From Reclinomonas americana ATCC 50394 (Eukaryota), in assembly GCA_048213135.1 (NCBI GenBank), contig PS015018.1, forward strand, positions 96,166 through 129,762: DNA of 33,597 nt, in the 5' to 3' direction. Within the stretch, counting starts at the first letter, position 1, and the number at the start of each line of letters is the position of its first letter. The position numbers and the translations under genes are program-made. The notes under the pieces were generated by a model. It had not been told where the DNA came from. It made no database searches and saw only the letters and a list, made by a program, of their open reading frames with translations. Shown here piece after piece: positions 23,254 to 33,597 of this stretch.

Positions 23254-26200
23254 TCATACTTGCCCGATGGCGCCCCACGAGTAATCAACAAACACCACTG
23301 CAGAGACGAAATCATCATCAGGTCAGACAAGGAAAAAAAGCAGCTGCACCAGTATGAACTTCTAATTCACGCTCACCAGCGGGCCCACCAGCGACTGGTG
23401 GTGTGGCAGTGAGACACACTGAGATTGCCGTTTCTGACTGCGCTCCAATGGTCAAATCGAAGCTGATCCCGCTCGCAGCATTGCTGCTTTGCGTAAACTG
23501 CCAGCCGCGGGTGAACGCTGCGACTTGCGGAGGACTGGCAAATACCGGCGCGAAGGCATGCGTGTTGCATGCGCCGTCGGCCAGCAGGCGCCCCACGCCA
23601 GACTGCATGCCAATACCGCTACCACTTGTTGGTGGACGCGGGTATGCCATCCACGAAAACGCCAGCATACTGAGGCGACAGTCGTCGACGGCTGACACTC
23701 TGCACGCCGACGGCCTCATGAGTGGACACTATATGAGCAGACCGAGCAGTACGCGGCACACAACTGGTGTCTAAAGTACTGCCAGTTGGAGAATGCCATG
23801 CGACTGGTGAACGCGTTGGCCGTCTCCGGCAGCAGGTGAGCGTGTCGCACGCCATACACTAATGACGGCGCCTCCTGGCCCTTGTCATACCCCAGCAGTG
23901 GCTCGGTCATCGTAATGACGCGCATGTCCAGTTCGTCGTCGGTGGTGGGTCCACTCCACCTGGGGGTTCTCTCGTGAGTGAGTGACAGAGAAGTACCAGT
24001 GGAGTCGCAGCCACACACGCACCAGTCGCGACGTTCCAGCGACGAATACAACAGAGTGCCCGTATTGTTGCGAGTCTCACTCGTCTTGTTGGTGTAATGC
24101 GCCAAATAGGCAATGTGAAGAGCGGTGATGACGGAGGCACTGCGGCAGCATTCCACGACGTGAGCGTTCAAGGCTCCTTGACAAAAGCGTCGTCAGACAG
24201 GCACCCACACACACTCACCCATGTGTCGTGCACTTGCAGATAACCTGTCCAGCTCGCACGGCCTTGACAGACGCACACGTATGGCAGGTGAGTAGATGTG
24301 ATGATGTCGTAGAATGACGACACGAGCAAACCTCGGAGGAGCAATAAATTCGCGAGTGCGGGGTGCCGAATGTGACACCCGCGATGGCCAGCATGACAGC
24401 CGGCGTGCCAGCTGGTGGCGGGGAAATCGGTGACCAAACGATACCGCACACACACAGTCTCACAGGCACTCACCAAATGGCGGCGTAAACGTGATCGGAA
24501 AAGTCCACGAGCGTGTTCCACCAGAGCTGGACGCGAGACCGCTGCTGGAAAACGACGGAAACGAAGCGGAATCCACAGTACCGGTTCGAATTTCTGCGAC
24601 GCACACACGCGCGAGCTCTCAGTTGTTGATCTCCCATGTAGGAACACACAGCACGAGCCAGCACGCAACGGCTGCCAACAACGAGAGGCGCTGCGGACTT
24701 GGCCGAGGTGGTGTACGAGGCGGCGTCGGAGCGACGGATGCACACGTGCAACGAGGCATTGCTGGTGAGCAGCAGCGAGATCTCCAAGCCGGCACAGTAG
24801 CAGCCGTTACACCGCGTGCGAGTCACAGAGAGCGCGGACACACTCGGTGCGTTCGACCCGCTGCATGGCGCGTCAGCGGCTTCCAGTGAAACAGCGGAGC
24901 ACGGCGTAAAATTGCCGCCGATCACCACGAGAGTGAGCGGTTGGTTCAACGTCGGCACCGCCGGCACCATGCTCACAGTGGAGATGAATGGCTCTTGAAT
25001 GTTGCTTGGATCGGGTACGCACGCGCCAGGACATGCAAGACCGGCGGTGCATGCCAGTGGAGCGGGGACGCCAAAGGCCATTCCACTGAACCGGCCGTAT
25101 GCTCCTGAGCCGGTCAAGCTGACCTCCAGCGTGGAGTCGTTCACACTGTACAGCGAGCCGACGACTTGATTGTTGACGTCGCCACGGCCGACATACAGCA
25201 CTCCGTCGATACCGACAATGGCCAGTGGATCCGAGCCGGGATCGCTGACCAGCGTGCGCGCAGAGCCGACATCGACGCCAGTCGCCGAATTCATCTGCAT
25301 CAGCACGATGCCGGATTTGCGGTAGAGATTCTGTCGAGCGGTGATGGTCATGGTGATGATGAGCAGGAGAGACAGACTAGGCGCAGTGCTGCGAAACTCA
25401 CGCAACATCATTAGCATCAAAGTAGATGGCCACGCTGACGCAGTATTGCAGACACGGTGTCGGTGAGAGGGCGGTGAGAGTCATGCCGGGCAGCGCGATC
25501 CTGTACAAACGATCCACCGCCACGTTGCTCGTGTTGTACTCGGCCCAACCGTACAGCTGACCATCGGAGCGGAATGCCAGACCAGTCCACGAACGAATGC
25601 CGGTAGTAGACCCCACCAGTGCAGTGGTGCCCGACTGTGGCCGCGGCCACGACACATACTTCTTGTGAGCACCGACTCACCGCAGAAAAATATACTCACT
25701 CTACGCACCGTTGCATCCACGGTCAGCAGCGCGGCTGCGCTTGCCGCACTGTTACGCATCGTATACAGTGTGCCGGTGGTCGGATGCACCGCCAATGCAG
25801 TGTATCCAGGAGTGCCGCTCATGGCCACCGACTGTGCAACGGTAAACACCACAGTCAGCATCAGGGCGAAACCGAGTGCTGCTGCCGCGCACGCTGCACT
25901 CACCGACAGCACTTGACCGGAGCTCGCTCTCACAGTGACCAGTGTGGCGGCAGCTGACGCATTCGCGTAGTCGACAGCCCCATTGAGAACATACAGAGGC
26001 GGACGAACACGAATCACAAACGACAGCGACACCACGGCCGAGGAGCGGTAGGTGCCTACAATGGTCACGCTGAGTGCGTCGCGACTCTCACCCGCACGAC
26101 TCACGCGCAGAGAGGGTGGTGACGAGGTGCTGTCCACGTAGAAGGGCACGCAGTTGCCGATGGCGTAGGTCCAGTCGGCGTCGTCAGTGGGTGCGACAGC

Positions 26201-26461
26201 AACAATGAAACCAATCAGGTCGCCAGCGGCGATCGATGGTGCATCGTAAGCGACGCTGGTGAGACGAAACGACTGGGCGAGTGCGCCACTAGGTGCGTAC
26301 ACCAGACACACTGCTCGATGCACAGGCACACACACACGTACACGCACGCACACACAGTCAGCAAAAGATGTGAGTGTGTGTGAGTGCCAATAACCGCCTG
26401 CAGTCTCACCAAGCAGAGCATACGCAGTGAGAGGCAGCCACACAGGGCGCGTGGTGGCCAT
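23254..26461 (-). CDS. Putative secreted multi-domain protein: beta-propeller-like repeats, IPT/Ig-like segment, three C-terminal H-type-lectin-like repeats; about 10 introns
   Basis: Hydrophobic leader; blades GYTALAVHPTTGTLY, WTGLAFRSDGQLYG and FSGMAF; PFISTVS...LVVIGGNF; repeats ITFTPPFAGTPAVMLAIAG...LHIAYLA, ...LAFSWMA and FAPVFASPPQV...YSWGA. Domain calls are by eye only. Confidence 0.6.
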
Positions 26462-26633
26462 GGATGCCCGCAGTGTGTACCTCTTACGCTTGTTTTGCTT
26501 GATCAGTGCCAGCGCAGCGGCACTTTTTCGCGCGCAAATTTCCCGCGGTCGAGGTTGGCAGAGGTCGCGTCGAAGTTGCTGCGCAAGCTTGCAAGACGGA
26601 ACGTATTACAATCACCATTCATTACTATTCAAC

Positions 26634-28179
26634 CTACTGCCGCAGCGGAATGTTCCAGTCAGCGTCGAGGCCGGCTCTTCTCTGCGTCTGCGCCACCAGC
26701 CGGGTCGCAGCGGTGCCGGTGAACGTGACGGAGACGGAGCGCCAAATGTGTGCAAAGTGCGGAGCCTTGCACGTGTTGCCACCGTGGTAAAAGTATGTGT
26801 ACAGTGCCGGGTCGTCCAGCCACACCACCGAGTACTTGCGGTTGACGGCCTCCAAGGCCGCCGAGTCCTCGCCCAGCTGTTTCGACGCGAAGGGCTCCAT
26901 GTGTGCCTTGGACATCAACATGGTCATCTCCCACGGATGGTGGTGACTAATGCCGAGGCCAGACTCCTTGGAGAACGCACGACCGTCCTCGTCGGCAGTC
27001 AGATCGGCAGCCAGGCGAACCTGCACGCGATGTAGCACGCAGCCGACCACCGTCGATTCGCGTGAACCCGCCGCCAGGATCGCCATCAGTTGCACTCGCA
27101 CACGATCGCGATCGTACACATCATCGTCGTCCCACGTGGCCACGAACTCGCCGGCGGCCTCCGACACCGCCACGTTGCGCATGTCACCAAGCGTCGGCAC
27201 CGATTGTCGGTCGACCTGTTTGACACGAATGTGATCCGCCTCGCCACCTGCGGTTCCCACCAACGCCGCCAGCGCCGACTGCAACTCTGTCAAGTCCTCG
27301 TCGTGCGTGACGATGACCAGTTCACGGTGCGGATACGTCTGTTGTGTGAACATGTGCACGGCTCGCATGGCCAGGTGCACTCGACCGGTGGTGATCATCA
27401 GGCACGAGACGAGCGGCAGGCCGTTGGCGTTGGGGAGCTTCATCGGCACCTGCATCCAGTTACGCACGGCGATGCCTGCTATCTCCTCCGGCAGATTCGG
27501 GAACGAGACGCCCAGCGACACGGTACGCATCTCGGCGTCGTCGTCAATCAGCTGCAACGCAAAAAAAATGAGCACCGGCAACAACAGATCCGGAGCGTGC
27601 ACATGGCAAACGCACCCAGCTGTGCAGACTGTCGGTGGCAGGTGGGCACACATTGTTGAGACCAGCGCGCGCCTGCACCTGCACCTCGTCGCTCTCCAGC
27701 TCCCACGCACCGCGATAGACATTCGAGGGGAAGCGACGAATGTCGTCGGGAGGGTAATCGCGCAGTGTGCAGCGAAAGACGTTGGTCACCCGCCCACTGT
27801 CGGGATCGGCCTGACACCACCGCTGATGGCACTGAATGCTGAGGGCAATGTGCGCCACTTGAGATTCGCTATCGCTGGCAAACATGCACACACAGCGCCG
27901 CCGCTGCGCGCACACACACACACACACACACACAAACGAGTGTGTGAATGACTGCGAAAACAACATGCACAAATAGACACACACGTACCTCCTCGCCGAG
28001 AGTGATAAACGTAGGCAGGTCCGTCGCCGTCACTGTGAACAAGCATGAGGTGCACAAAGACGCCACTCTCGCGATATCAAATTGCACTCACCAGTGTCTC
28101 CCAGCAGCAGCAACAGTAGTAGCAAGCAGCAGGTGCATAGTAGTGCGCTGGAGAGGAGGAGAGCGGTTGGCGCGCGCAT
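26634..28179 (-). CDS. Divergent GT2 glycosyltransferase copy 5; 3 introns
   Basis: Leu-rich leader MRAPTALLLSSALLCTCCLLLLLLLLG, RRRCVC module, VSCLMITTGR, LGDMRN, TWDDDD, GEDS and YFYHGGNT. Confidence 0.88.
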
Positions 28180-28493
28180 TGTTGCGACTTGCGATTACAG
28201 GACACTTGGAAACCGAACTTGAAGGATGTTCTGACGCAGCGGTGCTTGTGGGGGATAGAGTACCGCGTTGTTGTGTCGACTATGCAAGGACGAGCTGGGC
28301 AGTCGCAACAACCCATACACACTGCGACGTCAGATCATGACGCCAACTTCGAAAATGAATATTAATGATCTCCGAAGCTGTGCGCATCCTCTGCATGCTT
28401 GCATCAGCATGCTGCCGTCCTCCATCAAGTCATGTCACTCCACGCACCGACAAGTTCCACAGTCCTCGACGTTTTTTCCGATTATTGATTGAC

Positions 28494-29503
28494 ATGGCGC
28501 CCATGAGCGATGAAGACCTCGACAAGTTGGCTGACATTCCGCACCCGTACTGGGAGGCTCGTCTCTTCCAGTGATGCAACCCGCGCCACAACTGTCACTC
28601 ACTCTCCCGCGCACACACACACACAGACCTCGGTGCATGTGTACAAGAAGGGCTTGCAAGCAGGCGAGTCTCACTCCTCCCCATTCGCGTCTCTCTCTCT
28701 CTCTCTCACTCTCACTTTTTCGCATTGACAAGGCTCCCTCCTCGGGTTCCTCGGCGGCATTCCGTGGGCACTCTTTCGTCGCAAGGAGCGCACTCTCTCG
28801 CAAATCGTCTCCACTGTCGGCCGCTGCTCTCTGAACGGAACGCTGTGGTTCACTCTCTTGGTGGCAGCACCGATGCTGGCCTACAAACTCAAGGTTCAAG
28901 TGGGCGCGCCAGTGAGCGCGCGTTGCTCGCATCTCATATGCATGTGTTTGCTGGGTATATATAGGATATGACTGAGGAGGGCGCGTACGATCGCGCCTAT
29001 CGCCTGTTGAGTATGCACCACCACTGCCGGCACTTGTTGCATGGTCGCTTACACATTCCTGTCTGTTGTCTAGGCGAAACCATGCTCTGCAAAACCGTGT
29101 CGACCATGTCTCTTCGCTCGGTGTGCTCTTTTGTATGCTCCATCTCGCCTTCTTTTTCGTTTGTTTGGCTCTCACTCGCGTTCTGCAGGAATGATCCTTG
29201 GCGCTGCAGTTGGCGGAGTGGTTGCCGCACGCACTGGTGTCTCCGTGCTGAGTGCTGTCGCCGAATTGGGAGCCATTGGCCTCGCCAGTGGCGGTCAGTA
29301 GCCAGCCCCCCGTGCTTTGTATGATGCACCGCACAGCAGCGAGTACTCATCAACAGTTGCTTTTTTGCTTTGCAGTGATCTTCCACGTGGTCACCACACC
29401 GTTCTTGCAAAAGAGCGAGGAGTCGAGCTCGACAACTGCAGCAACACCTTCGTCACCGTCGCAACCACCGGCGCCTGCTGTCTCCGCACCCAAGCCGCAG
29501 TAA
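28494..29503 (+). CDS. DUF1757-like small membrane protein, paralog A; 5 introns (two GC-AG)
   Basis: IPHPYWETSVHVYKKGLQAGSLLG...MTEEGAYDRAYRLRNHALQNRVD resembles the DUF1757 pattern. Intron positions are shared with paralog B. Confidence 0.7.
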
Positions 29504-29637
29504 GGAATCGCTCGTAGTTTCTTTCCAGTGTCAAGAGTGCACTGAGTACCTCGAGAGTGAACAACTTCTCAGCACCCCTTGTCCTGTGCCTCTCTTTCCA
29601 CTCCGTACCTCTCCTTCACCAACTCCGCGCTGGCATC

Positions 29638-30709
29638 ATGGCAAACATGGAAGAGCTTGACAAGTTGGCCAACATCCCGCACCCGTACCTGGAGGTGCGC
29701 GCGCGCGTGTGTGTGTGTTACACAAAGGCAGAGAGAGCATGCAAGTCACCTCGCCCTCCTCCTCCTCCTCTCACACACAGACGGCCGTCCACGTGGTGCG
29801 CAAAGGCATTCAGGGTGGTGAGTGGTCACATGCGCAGGAGGAGAGAGTGGGCGAGAGAGATGCGATCGCCCGCCTTTTTGCATAACAACCCCCTCCACCT
29901 CCTCTTCCTCCTCTTCCTCCTCTGCCTTGCATGCATGCAGGCTCTCTGATTGGCCTGCTGATTGGCATTCCACTCGCGTTCTACCGCCGTGATGACGACA
30001 CACAGTGGTGGCAGATGGTGGGCACCGCCGGTCAGTGCTCGGCCATTGGTGCACTGGCCTACAGCACGGCCATCACTGCGCCAATGATGGCGTACAAGTT
30101 CAAGGTTCTCTTCCCATCTCTCCTCTCTCTCTCTCTCTTTTCTCTCATTGCCTTTTGTGCTGACGGCTGTTATGTACACACGCACGCAGGGCATGACGGA
30201 GGAGGGCGCATACGATCGCGCCTATCGACTGTTGCGTGATCGTGAGGACTGGGTGCTTGTGTAGAGGCTAACCTTGCTGTGCACAGGCGCAACAATGCTC
30301 TGCAGAAGCGTGCGGACCGGTTGTGTGACATTGGTGCGTCGGCAGTGTGGCCAGTGTGTGTCTTGTCTTCACTCATTCGGTGTGTGGTCAGGTGCGCTGC
30401 TGGGCGCGGCTGCTGGAGGTGCGATTGCGTACAAGACCGACTCTCCCACGGTGGCACAAGTTGTCGGTGGTGCAGCCATTGGCGTTGCCACTGCTCGTTG
30501 CGTGCTGCCTCCTGCGCTGTCAGTGCGACCACCTCGTGTTTCACATCATGCATTTTGCGCTCGCAGTTGCCTTCCACCTGGCCACCTCTCGCTTTGTCAA
30601 GCCAAAGGAAACTGCGCACGCTCCCGCCCCCGCCCCTGCCGCTTCACCGTCTGTACAAGCACCGCCGCCGCCGCCACCGCAGCAGCCTCAGCAGCAGCAG
30701 CAGCAGTAG
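29638..30709 (+). CDS. DUF1757-like small membrane protein, paralog B; 5 introns; Pro/Gln-rich tail
   Basis: IPHPYLETAVHVVRKGIQGGSLIG...MTEEGAYDRAYRLRNNALQKRAD. Confidence 0.7.
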
Positions 30710-30885
30710 AAACACGGAGACTCTGTCCGTGGGGACAACCAGTGGAGGTACGCCCACTGAGAATCTATCACCGAGAATCGAAAAAAGTGCAAGCTCGCCG
30801 GTGTGGACAGTCATCATTGTCGGTCATTTTCCATTAAGCACACACACACAGACACACATGCACGTGCAAAAAAAATAGTCGTTGT

Positions 30886-33362
<2,477 letters not shown>

Positions 33363-33597
33363 CTGCGTGGAAAAATGAAAAAAAGAGTCAAACACAAACT
33401 TTCTTCTTTCTCACATCGTAGTGACAGACAACGATAAGCGACGTGTGCATGTGTGCGCATATGAGAGACACAAACACAGCGAGAAAGAGAGAGTTACTGA
33501 CAAACACAAGCACAGGAAAGCAGTAAGAATGCACACAATGACATGCAACTGCTCGTGTCGACCTCTCCTTGTCTCTTATACACACAGTCACGCACTC

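Overview
GC-rich, extremely gene-dense, intron-rich eukaryotic (protist-like) scaffold with three N-gaps. The ORF track is fragmentary because genes are split by many short (~55-120 nt) introns. Manual splicing gives about 17 genes: GH13 alpha-amylase, FAD oxidoreductase, UPF3, a fucosyltransferase-like protein, an LRR protein, an MFSD5-type transporter, a Rad60/NIP45-like SUMO-domain protein, a G-patch protein, five paralogous GT2 glycosyltransferases with a Cys-rich N-terminal module, a secreted multi-domain protein with H-type-lectin-like repeats inside that cluster, two DUF1757-like paralogs and PRP4 kinase. The strongest signal is a two-class 5' splice-site code. Exons ending in G use ordinary G|GTGCGT/GTGAGT-type donors, while exons ending in A, C or T nearly always use a +1-shifted GTTGCGT-type donor (about 30 of roughly 90 introns traced by hand). 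All gene models are manual inferences without transcript data or database searches.
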